Counted from the first letter of the stretch, positions 17,641-27,010 are shown. The stretch is DNA of 36,449 nucleotides from a virus (IMGVR_UViG_3300026270_000555:1-36449); one strand, 5' to 3'. Notes: generated by a model from the sequence alone, not told the origin. Numbers and translations are program-made.

Positions 17641-19082
17641 TGCTACACTTTTACGAAGGACAGGTTAGAAAATTTTTAACTCAATTTATAAGGATATTGA
17701 GTAATTTTTCTGTGGAAACAGGTAAAGATTCAAAAAGAGAAGTGCAACTAAGACCGGTGCCTGTGGTGTATGGAGATCCAACAAGGCAAGTGGCAAACAT
17801 AATAAGAAATAATTCTGAGAATGCTTTACAATACGCACCAAGAATCGCTTGTTATGTGAGAGAATTAAACTATGATAGAGATAGAATGCAGAATCCGTAT
17901 CATATTGAAAAACAACATTTGAAAGAAAGAGATGTTGACACTGACGGCAACTACACAAATCAGTTAGGTGCTGGTTATACTGTTGAAAAAGTTATGCCAT
18001 CACCGTTTAGATTAGAAGTATCCGCAGATATTTGGAGCACAAACACAGATCAAAAATTACAAATTATGGAACAAATTTTATATTTGTTCAATCCTGATTT
18101 TGAAATACAAAAATCAGACAACTATATTGATTGGACAAGTTTAAGTTATGTCGAATTGACAGGTGTAACTTTTAGTTCAAGAACTATTCCTGTTGGTGCA
18201 GACTCGGAAATAGATGTTGCTACATTAACATTTTCTATGCCTATCTGGTTATCACCACCAGTTAAAGTTAAAAAGTTAGGTGTAGTACAAAAAATTATCA
18301 TGAGCATTTACGATGATGATGGTGGAATAGCAAAAGGTTTAATAGATGGAGAACTTATTTCGAGAAGTTATATCACACCAAACAATTTTGGCTTATTGGT
18401 ATCAGGAAATCAATTAAGATTATTGGGCACAACAGGAGTAAATGTTAAATCAGGTGGTGATGGATATTACACAGGAGCAAACGCACCAACTAATTTTGAT
18501 CCGTTCGAAGCATTTGGACCAGCAGTCAATTGGAAAGTGTTGTTAGATCAATACGGAAAAGTAGTAAATGGCACGTCACAAATCAGGCTTACACAACAGA
18601 ACGGAAATGAAATCATTGGTACTATTGCAACCACAACATTAGATGATACAATATTATTGTACAACATCGACTCAGACACAATTCCTTCTAATACACTTAC
18701 AGCAGTTAAAAAAATTATTAATCCTGCAACATTTGATCCAGGCACACCGGCCAACGGTGACAGATATTTGGTCATAAACGACGTAGGAGATTCTACAGCA
18801 AGTTTCCAAAGTTCAACTTGGGGTACACTTGTGGCAAGTGTTGGAGATATTATAGAATATAACAGTACAACAAGCAAATGGAATGTGGCTTTTGATGCAT
18901 CAGATCCAGACTCAACACAACATTATGTGACAAACCTTAATACAGGTATCCAATATAGATGGGACGGAATTGAATGGAAAAAATCCTATGAAGGAATATA
19001 TGCCGCTGGTAAATGGAGCATTGTGCTGGACGGTGGAGCAGATCCTGGATACAATTCAAGCCTTGACGCAACTACTCCTTAA
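17640..19082 (+). CDS. gp15: Tail terminator / sheath stabiliser (gp15-like) with C-terminal extension
   Basis: HFY..QVR..L.QF...F, VPVVYG, YDRDR, P.PF.L, LQIMEQIL..FNP motifs; about 200 aa extra domain with GDRYL and GDIIEY. Confidence 0.75.
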   Translation: MLHFYEGQVRKFLTQFIRILSNFSVETGKDSKREVQLRPVPVVYGDPTRQVANIIRNNSENALQYAPRIACYVRELNYDRDRMQNPYHIEKQHLKERDVDTDGNYTNQLGAGYTVEKVMPSPFRLEVSADIWSTNTDQKLQIMEQILYLFNPDFEIQKSDNYIDWTSLSYVELTGVTFSSRTIPVGADSEIDVATLTFSMPIWLSPPVKVKKLGVVQKIIMSIYDDDGGIAKGLIDGELISRSYITPNNFGLLVSGNQLRLLGTTGVNVKSGGDGYYTGANAPTNFDPFEAFGPAVNWKVLLDQYGKVVNGTSQIRLTQQNGNEIIGTIATTTLDDTILLYNIDSDTIPSNTLTAVKKIINPATFDPGTPANGDRYLVINDVGDSTASFQSSTWGTLVASVGDIIEYNSTTSKWNVAFDASDPDSTQHYVTNLNTGIQYRWDGIEWKKSYEGIYAAGKWSIVLDGGADPGYNSSLDATTP

Positions 19083-19092
19083 TTGTTATAAT
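19063..19092 (+). promoter_or_regulatory. sigma70-type promoter for the Nudix gene (probably leaderless)
   Basis: TTGACG-18 nt-TATAAT with extended TGn, then 5 nt to ATG 19098. Confidence 0.65.
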
Positions 19093-19097
19093 AACAC

Positions 19098-19526
19098 ATG
19101 GAAAAAAATATAGTATGTTCTGGTGCATTATTTTATTCGACCAGTACTAAACGTTTCTTGTTTTTGCAAAGAACTGACAAAAAAACGCAAGGTATGTGGG
19201 GTTTGGTTGGTGGACAGGCAAAATATACCGAGTCAGCATTTGAAGGATTAAAGAGAGAAATTGAAGAAGAAGTAGGCAGTTTGCCTAAATTTAAAAAAGT
19301 AATTCCCCTAGAAATGTTTACATCAAACGATCAGAAGTTTTTCTTTCACACATATTTGATTGCTATTGAATCAGAATTTATTCCAAAATTAAACGGAGAA
19401 CACTCAGGATATTGTTGGACTGCGTTTGAATGTTGGCCCAAGAACCTGCACATGGGTCTTAAAAATACTTTGAACAACAAAAGTATAAAAGGAAAATTAC
19501 AGACTATATTGGATTTGATTGTTTAA
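19098..19526 (+). CDS. Nudix hydrolase
   Basis: Nudix box G-QAKYT-E-SAFEGLK-RE-I-E-EE-V-G. Confidence 0.9.
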   Translation: MEKNIVCSGALFYSTSTKRFLFLQRTDKKTQGMWGLVGGQAKYTESAFEGLKREIEEEVGSLPKFKKVIPLEMFTSNDQKFFFHTYLIAIESEFIPKLNGEHSGYCWTAFECWPKNLHMGLKNTLNNKSIKGKLQTILDLIV

Positions 19527-22500
19527 CAATCTTGGATGTATTTTTTACCTGTAAGTTTTTCTATGTCTTTTATCATCTCTTCCATGTTAACCCTTACAGT
19601 TTTGCCGGTTTTTGTGTTTCTTGAGAAGTATTCCCACTCACCTTTTTCGTTGTGTGGAGATATTTTTGTAACGTTTCCTGCTTCGTCACGAACATAAACT
19701 TCTGCACTTGCTGAATCGTCCTTGGCGTATATGTGTGCGATGTTAGAAGTTCCGGATGGATCACCCGACAACACTCCTAGTTCAACGTGACCTGTTACCC
19801 TTAAACTAGTATCGTTTAATAACTGTAAACTGTCAGATCTGAATCTACCTGAAATGTTTTGCGATCCGTTTTTCATGAAAGCAAATTCTAATATTCCGTC
19901 TTCAGATGAGTCACTTGCATCTAGAATCTTACCTGAGATTTTTGCATAGTTTACTTCTTGATCGTTGTCATTTTCACCCTTAAATTTTATCTGTCCTAAG
20001 TAGTCAGCATCTGCTACACTAGAACTATTTCTTTTCAATGATATTACTGGGCCTGCTGAATTTGAATCTTCTGTTGTAGTAATCGTTAATGAATCATCTG
20101 TTGTTGTATTTGTAATTGTTTGGCTTCCTAATACCGCTACCGCACCTGTTCCTTGTGGATCTAATGTGATGTTTGCATTAGAACCTGGTGATTGTATAGT
20201 GTCAGTCAATACACCTGCTGTGAATGTTTTTTGTCCTGCTATTGTTTGGTTGTTACTTGTTAAAACTTGTAATGATGTTGATGCACCACCTTGATTACGT
20301 AAAAGTTGTACCCTATAACCGTTGACTGTTGTCGAAGCACCACTTGTACTTGCCGCTGATAATGTAACTGTTGTACCAGACAGGGCGGCTGTAAATGCAA
20401 GTTGATCTGATCCTTTACTTGATACTTGAGGTGCTGTCGTCACGTAAGCATCTGTACCGTCGGTGACAACAAAAACTTCACTTATGGATGCCGCTGATTC
20501 TGAACTGCTATTACCCACTATCACGTAGTGAGCACCATTGGCGTTGTCAGTTGTGAAAGTGTCTATCGCAGTAGCAGAACTCGATACTGATACCTGTCCT
20601 ACTGTTTTCGTATTGTCACTTGATGCACTCGATTCTGAATCACTTAATAATACTCTGTACATTTTGACAGCAGTGTTAGGCTCATTTCCTGATGCTCTTA
20701 GTCTTACACTACCGCTGTCTATGTCTGCAGTCAAAGTTAACAGCGAATTATTGCCTGTGAAATGATCATTGTACATTGTGATAAACGCATCTGTGCCGTT
20801 ATGCACAACCAAACATTCAATATTTGTTAGTTCTGTTTTTCCTGAGTTGTTTGCACTTATGTAATATTTTGCACCTCTGTATGATGAAGCAGACCATGTG
20901 TCTAAATTTTCTACTGCACTATCTACGTCTGAGTTGACAATCGTTGCTGTGTTTCCTGAACTTGATGCGGATGTATTATCTCCCAGTCCAATCCTAAAGA
21001 ATTTAACTGAGTTTACATCTGCTGTACCTGTACCTCTCAATCTAACCGTTGATCCTGATATGTCAGCGTCAAAAGCCACTTGTGTGTTTGATCCTGATCT
21101 TACTATACCACCTGTAGAAGTAAATGCCGCTGTATCATTGTGAACTAAACTTACAGTTTGTGTCGCGATTTCGTCATTTATTTCATCTCTGGTTACCATT
21201 AGGTAGAATGCACTATCAAAAGAAGATGTATCAAATGTATCCACGTTAATAGCACTTGTTGAAATACTAGTTTTCTCACCAGTGCTTGTACCACTCGCTT
21301 CACTTACTGAAGCCTGTGTTGCTATGTCAGTCCAACCTGAGGAGTCGTATCTTTCATATGATTCGGTGGATGTGTTGTATCTTATCATACCAACCTTACT
21401 TGCGGTTGGTCTATTTGCTGTTGTACCAGTGGGCAGTGTCAATGCACCTGGTTCTAATTTTAAGTTATTGTGTGTGATGTATAAATCGTCTGAGGTCTGT
21501 CCATTTGCTCTATAAATGTTAATTGCTTCCATTCCTAATCTTGCAAAAAATATTTTTGTGTTAGGATTACAACTTGCTCTTAATCTTGCTTTTCCGTTTG
21601 ACACATCTGCTGTAAAAGTTGCCAGTGTGTTGTTTGCAGTAATAACAAAACTTTCAGATACTGTTGCATCTGTGCCAGCATCATTAATGGTCATTGTGAT
21701 CTCTGAATTTTGATATTCTGATCCAGATTCCATTGTTACAAAATATCTTGCTGATTTATATTTGAACACATCGAAACTGTCTACAGTTTCTACAGCACTG
21801 TCTATATCTTTTTTAATGCCGTAATGGAAGTTGTCAAATTCTCCCAACTTTGTTTTTGTTCCTAAATCTTGTCTGTATAATATTGCTGTTCCAGTAGTGT
21901 TTCCACCTGATGCCGAACTTAATGTAACAGTTGCTCCAGATATTGCCGCACTAAAACTGTGTAATGGTGTGCCCCTGCTTGATACTAGGGCATATTGATC
22001 ATGGAATACTGTTGTACCATCGTGTGTTAAACTTAATTCTGAAATTTGATAATCACCAGCAGTGTCATCTTTTATTAATATAACATATTTTGCACCTCTG
22101 ATATCTGTTTTTGTAAATTGGTCTAATGTTGTTGCACTAGAACTAATACTTGTGGATGTTGCAATTATTTTTGAGTTTGTGTTTGCAACAGTTTCATGAT
22201 GATCTCCTAGTGCTATCCTATAAACTCTAAGATTTGTGTGTGACGATGTGTTTGTTTCTGCTGACAGTTGAACAGAGTCACCAGATATAGCCGCAGTGAA
22301 GTCTACTATTCTTGTTGAATCCTCATTAACATTATAAACAGAAATATAAGGAGTGCTGTCGTCATGCACAATTGATACTTTGTAGTGTCCGGTAAAATTA
22401 TTATCTTTGTCTTCAACTCCAACATCATAAATCGCTCCACGATATTCTTTGATGTCGAACTCGTCTATTACTGCCGATGTTTGATTTAATTTGTAGTAGT

Positions 22501-23137
22501 TAAATTGTTTGACTGCGGTGTTGTTACCACCGCCACCTCCTGATGATTCTGCAAATGTTAACGCACCAGATCCGTCTGTCTGTAGCACCTGTCCATTGCT
22601 TCCATCTGCTGTTGGAAGTGTATAAGCACCGTTGACATTAATTGTTCCTGTTGTTTGTACCCCGGAAGTGATTGTTTTTAATTTTTCTGAGCCGTAATAA
22701 TATAATTTTAGTTCACCTGTAGAACCGTCCGCTTTAAGATAATTTGCTAATCCTCCACTACCATCATCTGATCCTATTATAACATCACTGTTGTCAGCAT
22801 AAGTTCTGATGTTTATGTCACCGGTTGTTTCGTTAATGTTTAAATTAGTTCCAGTGTGTTTGATATTTGCATCTGCATCGGTACCTAATCTTAATTCGAT
22901 ACTGTCATTAAATTTTATGTTATCAGTGGCTGTGCCTCCAGCAATAGAAGTTGCTGTGAGTGTGGTTGTTGTAAGATTTCCGCTGACTGTTAATGTTGAT
23001 GAAGGTTCTGAAGTACCAATTCCTACTCGTGAGTTTGTTACATCTAGGTATAACAAGTTAGTTTCAAATGCAAGGTCAGTGCCATTTCTAGTCAGATTGG
23101 ACTTTAGTACCGACCCTGATATACGACCTATGGCCAT
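19523..23137 (-). CDS. Large virion structural protein (1204 aa; baseplate/fibre-like) with six internal ~95-aa repeats
   Basis: N-terminal MAIGRISG..L.SNL.R module shared with paralogues; repeats of D.F....(Y)R.A.Y...E...HDGT; S/T/G-rich. Confidence 0.75.
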   Translation of the reverse strand: MAIGRISGSVLKSNLTRNGTDLAFETNLLYLDVTNSRVGIGTSEPSSTLTVSGNLTTTTLTATSIAGGTATDNIKFNDSIELRLGTDADANIKHTGTNLNINETTGDINIRTYADNSDVIIGSDDGSGGLANYLKADGSTGELKLYYYGSEKLKTITSGVQTTGTINVNGAYTLPTADGSNGQVLQTDGSGALTFAESSGGGGGNNTAVKQFNYYKLNQTSAVIDEFDIKEYRGAIYDVGVEDKDNNFTGHYKVSIVHDDSTPYISVYNVNEDSTRIVDFTAAISGDSVQLSAETNTSSHTNLRVYRIALGDHHETVANTNSKIIATSTSISSSATTLDQFTKTDIRGAKYVILIKDDTAGDYQISELSLTHDGTTVFHDQYALVSSRGTPLHSFSAAISGATVTLSSASGGNTTGTAILYRQDLGTKTKLGEFDNFHYGIKKDIDSAVETVDSFDVFKYKSARYFVTMESGSEYQNSEITMTINDAGTDATVSESFVITANNTLATFTADVSNGKARLRASCNPNTKIFFARLGMEAINIYRANGQTSDDLYITHNNLKLEPGALTLPTGTTANRPTASKVGMIRYNTSTESYERYDSSGWTDIATQASVSEASGTSTGEKTSISTSAINVDTFDTSSFDSAFYLMVTRDEINDEIATQTVSLVHNDTAAFTSTGGIVRSGSNTQVAFDADISGSTVRLRGTGTADVNSVKFFRIGLGDNTSASSSGNTATIVNSDVDSAVENLDTWSASSYRGAKYYISANNSGKTELTNIECLVVHNGTDAFITMYNDHFTGNNSLLTLTADIDSGSVRLRASGNEPNTAVKMYRVLLSDSESSASSDNTKTVGQVSVSSSATAIDTFTTDNANGAHYVIVGNSSSESAASISEVFVVTDGTDAYVTTAPQVSSKGSDQLAFTAALSGTTVTLSAASTSGASTTVNGYRVQLLRNQGGASTSLQVLTSNNQTIAGQKTFTAGVLTDTIQSPGSNANITLDPQGTGAVAVLGSQTITNTTTDDSLTITTTEDSNSAGPVISLKRNSSSVADADYLGQIKFKGENDNDQEVNYAKISGKILDASDSSEDGILEFAFMKNGSQNISGRFRSDSLQLLNDTSLRVTGHVELGVLSGDPSGTSNIAHIYAKDDSASAEVYVRDEAGNVTKISPHNEKGEWEYFSRNTKTGKTVRVNMEEMIKDIEKLTGKKYIQDC

Positions 23138-23219
23138 ATTAGGTACCTCTCTATAATAATGTTAGTGTAGCATATGCCACACACAGCCTCGTTTCATTGC
23201 CGGCTGACAGCAGTACTAG

Positions 23220-23227
23220 TATTTATA
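23220..23227 (-). promoter_or_regulatory. T4-type late promoter TATAAATA
   Basis: Exact consensus, 82 nt upstream of ATG 23137. Confidence 0.7.
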
Positions 23228-23234
23228 CCGCCAC

Positions 23235-23262
23235 AAAAAAAGGGCGACCAAAGCCGCCCTTT
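23235..23262 (-). terminator. Intrinsic terminator
   Basis: AGGGCGGC-TTTG-GTCGCCCT followed by a T tract. Confidence 0.85.
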
Positions 23263-23289
23263 AATTCTATTAAAAAGTAATTCTATTTA

Positions 23290-24282
23290 TTAGTGACTTG
23301 TTCTTACTGCCGCTAATACTGAACCTGTACCTGTTGTAGTTTTGTTTGTAAGAGCTCTACCAATTACGTTGAATGCTGTACATTCTGATTTTTGAGCCGC
23401 TTTTGCATAACCTGGTACTGATGCAGAAATAAGTCTGTCACCTTTGTTTACTGTACCAATAACTTTAACGTCTACTCTTCCTGTCATTGCTACGTATGGG
23501 TGTGTGTTGTCATCACCAGCCGCACCGTTCATTTTGAACGCCGCTTGTCCTTCATGAGAAACTACACCAAACACATCGTCTGATGCTTCTTCGTTTACTG
23601 CACAAATTTCTTCTGCTCCGCCTAATGCTACAACTGTTCCTGGTGCTAATACTTCGTTAGCCGCAAATCTTTCTGCAACGTCCGAATATTGCGCCGCTGT
23701 TGCTGTACCTTCTAGGTTTGCTACCAATGTACCTGCTGATACTGTGATACCACCTGATTTGTCAGCCGCTGTCGCAGTTGTTGTACCCATTGTGAATTTG
23801 TCTGCTGACTCATCCCAAATGATTGCCGCGTTGTTACCTGTTGAACCCCTCTCAATAATAAAACCAGCGTCGTTTGATGATGCTGATATACCTGTGTTAA
23901 GTTCAATTAAGTTATCTGCGATTGTTGTGTTTGTTGAGTTAACAGTAGTTGTTGTACCGTTTACTGTCAATTGACCTGTTACAACCACGTTACCTGAGAA
24001 CGTTGCTGAAGTGTCATTGATCACAACTTCGTTATTACCGTCTGCCGCAATCGTGATCGTTCCGTTTGATCCCGAGTCAGTTACTGTAATGCTCGTGTTT
24101 AATTGAGAAATACTGTTTTGCGATAGACCCGCTAATGAGTCATCAACGTATTTCTTGTTTGCGAATTGACCGTCGGCATTTGGTGCCGCAGTTGATCCAC
24201 CTGTAATAGTATTTGCACTTGCTGATATTACTATATCACCAACTGATATACCATTATGTACTCTAAAGTTTCTTGTTGTCAT
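23290..24282 (-). CDS. Fibre-like structural protein (330 aa) with C-terminal chaperone-like domain
   Basis: LTVNGTTTTV...DAG..IERG...WDES module; C-terminal YSDVAERF...PGTVV.LGG..EI...FGVVS...GRV.VKV.G...KGD.L. Confidence 0.7.
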   Translation of the reverse strand: MTTRNFRVHNGISVGDIVISASANTITGGSTAAPNADGQFANKKYVDDSLAGLSQNSISQLNTSITVTDSGSNGTITIAADGNNEVVINDTSATFSGNVVVTGQLTVNGTTTTVNSTNTTIADNLIELNTGISASSNDAGFIIERGSTGNNAAIIWDESADKFTMGTTTATAADKSGGITVSAGTLVANLEGTATAAQYSDVAERFAANEVLAPGTVVALGGAEEICAVNEEASDDVFGVVSHEGQAAFKMNGAAGDDNTHPYVAMTGRVDVKVIGTVNKGDRLISASVPGYAKAAQKSECTAFNVIGRALTNKTTTGTGSVLAAVRTSH

Positions 24283-24337
24283 AGTTCCATATATCCCGTA
24301 TGTTTGTTGCTTTAATTGTTAAAGGAATTTTTGTCGT

Positions 24338-24377
24338 AAAAAAAACGCTCTAACAGTAGTATTTACCGTTAGAGCGT
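24338..24377 (-). terminator. Intrinsic terminator with a late promoter at the top of its hairpin
   Basis: ACGCTCTAACGGTA-AATAC-TACTGTTAGAGCGT plus a T tract; TAAATA at 24360-24365. Confidence 0.75.
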
Positions 24378-24405
24378 CTAAAATTATCGTTAAGGTTATA
24401 TTCTA

Positions 24406-26022
24406 TTAAACTGCCGCTAATGAATATTGTACTTTCGCCGCTGTTACGCCACCTGTACTCAATGCTTTAACTTCTACTGTACCACTGTTGTAGTTTGCAG
24501 TAATTGTTGCTAAATCACTTGAACCAGTATTTGTAATACCGTGTACAGTTATGAATGCAGTTGTACCGTTGTGTACAACAACACCTTTCATAGCCGCGTA
24601 TTCTGTGTTTGCAGTATCTGTTAACTGTATGAACAATTCAGCACTTCTGTATGAAGCACCGTTAAATGTCATAATGTTAGTTGCAGTTGATGTAAAGTTA
24701 ACTGAACTTGTCTCAGATCTTGCAACACCACCTGTCGCTAACGCAGTATTGTCAGCACCTGTAATTGCAAATATTCTTGCCGCACTGTGTGGAGCAGAAG
24801 TAAATGTAATGTTAGTACCTGATACTGTGTAGTTTTCAGTTGGTTCTTGGTATACGTTGTCGATGTAAACAAAAACGTTGTTCACTGATTCTGGAGCCGA
24901 TCCAAAGAAACCAGTGAAAGTTGTAGTTGATCCATCACCTGTTGTTGAAACTTTTGAGAAAGTAGGTGTGTCACCTGCTGTCGCCAAGTTAACAAATGTT
25001 GATCCATCTTGACAACCTTCGTATTGACCTGTTTGTGAGTTAAATCTAATGATACCTGTTGCCGCGGTTGGTCTACCTGCTGTGTTACCAACTGGTAATC
25101 TAAACGCTCCGCCGTCACCTGATCCGTCTAATGCGTATGCTGGTGAACTTGTTCTTAAACCAATTGCGTCTGCTGAACCGTCTAAGAAAAATGCGTGTGT
25201 TTGTGCCGCTGATTCCATTCTAAAGTCAAGGTCGTTTGCTGAAGCATCGTTAAATGTAACTGCTCTTGTGAAACTTGCACCACCTGTGATGTTTGCGTTC
25301 AAGTCTGCATATGAGTCAATTGTTACGTTACCTGCAGTCGTTCCATCTTCTCCTGATGTGATAGCCGCCGCAAACTCGTCTGCTGATTCGTCCCAAATGA
25401 ATGAAACGTTAGCCGCCGAACCTCTGTTCATGAATAACCCTTGGTCAAACGTGTTAGCCGCTCCACCTGAGTTATTTTTTGCTAATGTAATCATCGGATC
25501 TTCAATAGTTAATGTTGCACTATCAACTGTTGTTGTAGTACCGTTAACTGTTAAGTTTCCTGTTACTGTTAAGTTTGATGTGATACCTTTTCCTGTATCA
25601 AATGCCAAACCACCTGATGTGATTGACATGATCTGGTTTCCTGCGATATCAAATCTAATTATATCTTCATCTGAACTTTCCTCAACTTGGATTTTTGTAT
25701 CTTCGTCAGTATCTTGAATCGCTGAACCTGATGCCAAGTTTTTCCAAGCACCGCCGGCATAACCTTCAATTGTTGAAAGTGTGCTGTTGTATCTTATGTC
25801 ACCGTTTGCCGATGATCCTGGTCTTTGTCCAGTTGTTCCAGACGGTAATCTTACTGCGTCTGTAGCCGAGACGTGTAAAGTAGTTGCCGGTGAAGCCGTT
25901 CCTACACCAACTCTACTATTTGTTACATCTAAGGCTAATAAATTTGTTTCAAATGCTAAATCAGTGCCTGATCTTGCCAGGTTGGCTGATAACATCTGTC
26001 CTGTTATTCGTCCTATTGCCAT
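24406..26022 (-). CDS. Modular virion structural protein (538 aa)
   Basis: MAIGRITG N-terminal module, two LP.G.T..RP modules, NGTTTTV module, GDGSTTTF module and one HNGT repeat; AGGGGA RBS; TAAATA at 26070-26075. Confidence 0.75.
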   Translation of the reverse strand: MAIGRITGQMLSANLARSGTDLAFETNLLALDVTNSRVGVGTASPATTLHVSATDAVRLPSGTTGQRPGSSANGDIRYNSTLSTIEGYAGGAWKNLASGSAIQDTDEDTKIQVEESSDEDIIRFDIAGNQIMSITSGGLAFDTGKGITSNLTVTGNLTVNGTTTTVDSATLTIEDPMITLAKNNSGGAANTFDQGLFMNRGSAANVSFIWDESADEFAAAITSGEDGTTAGNVTIDSYADLNANITGGASFTRAVTFNDASANDLDFRMESAAQTHAFFLDGSADAIGLRTSSPAYALDGSGDGGAFRLPVGNTAGRPTAATGIIRFNSQTGQYEGCQDGSTFVNLATAGDTPTFSKVSTTGDGSTTTFTGFFGSAPESVNNVFVYIDNVYQEPTENYTVSGTNITFTSAPHSAARIFAITGADNTALATGGVARSETSSVNFTSTATNIMTFNGASYRSAELFIQLTDTANTEYAAMKGVVVHNGTTAFITVHGITNTGSSDLATITANYNSGTVEVKALSTGGVTAAKVQYSLAAV

Positions 26023-26117
26023 TGTGTTTTCCCCTTATCGATAATTGTTTTTTATTGCAAAACTAATGATATTTATTTGATTCTCCGTATTTGACGGTGT
26101 TAAATACCCGTAACAAT

Positions 26118-26663
26118 ATGAAAAGTGCGTATATAACAGTAGTTGGAAACCTGCCCATAAGGTTTGATTTAGAGCAGGCCCAGAAGATTGGCCCAGTAAT
26201 AGCGTCATCTAACTCCAATAAAAGCATTAATTTCGAGTATGCTACCGTAAACAGTGAAGTAAATCTACAGGATATGCTTAATTCTCCAAATTTTAATGAA
26301 ACAAAATTATTGGTTCCTGAGCCACTTTTTAAGAAATATGTGTTTTTTGACACGGTCACTTGCCTACCAGAATTTCCTGGATTGGTCAGTTACGATATCG
26401 ACCCTACAAAATGTTCACCACAAACATTGAGTATAATGTTGGCAGTATACAATAAACCAAAAATTGTATTTTTGCTAGGATATGATATTTCAAATCCTAC
26501 AGAACTTACAAGACTTAAAAGTGTTGCACTGGCAAATCCAGACACAAAATTTATGTACATATGTAATCCGCCGAGAACCTTTCAATTGGATGATTTGTCC
26601 AACGGGTTTTGCGACACATTTATAAAATTTCAAGAGTTAATAGACAAATGGCAAAATCAATAG
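26118..26663 (+). CDS. Hypothetical protein, possibly a degenerate DUF115/MptE-like fold
   Basis: VVGN...FDL and S.Q.L....A....KIVFLLGYD patterns; start placed at ATG 26118, after TAAATA at 26101-26106. Confidence 0.5.
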   Translation: MKSAYITVVGNLPIRFDLEQAQKIGPVIASSNSNKSINFEYATVNSEVNLQDMLNSPNFNETKLLVPEPLFKKYVFFDTVTCLPEFPGLVSYDIDPTKCSPQTLSIMLAVYNKPKIVFLLGYDISNPTELTRLKSVALANPDTKFMYICNPPRTFQLDDLSNGFCDTFIKFQELIDKWQNQ

Positions 26664-27010
26664 TATACAAATACAGTTTGAAACTTATGTGGCCGGCAAT
26701 TTGCCGCAATCGTAGTGTAGAAATTCTTAAGGAGAGACCAGACCTCGTGGATCAGATGAATAAGTTTCGACAAAAAACAGATACTGTGTTAAGGCTTATA
26801 TGCCGTAAACATCATCAAGTGGATGCCAATCATATGATGTCAGGCATTAGGTTATGGTTTGAATCTGGACAAGACTGTTATGAATTTATAATCAAGCAAC
26901 CTGAATTCAGTTGGGAAATACTTCCTGAACTATCTGTGATGAATGAAATTACAAGCCAATTACAAACATTTGATATAGTGTATACACCTACTGGCGTAAC
27001 AATAGATTAA
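26648..27010 (+). CDS. Hypothetical protein (120 aa)
   Basis: ATG at 26648 overlaps the end of the previous gene; ORF fills the gap to the convergent gene. Confidence 0.6.
   Translation: MAKSIVYKYSLKLMWPAICRNRSVEILKERPDLVDQMNKFRQKTDTVLRLICRKHHQVDANHMMSGIRLWFESGQDCYEFIIKQPEFSWEILPELSVMNEITSQLQTFDIVYTPTGVTID

Noticed and set aside
23161-23219. Hammerhead ribozyme or c-di-GMP riboswitch suggested by the GAAAC segment
   Set aside because: The CUGANGA core and the riboswitch consensus elements are missing.
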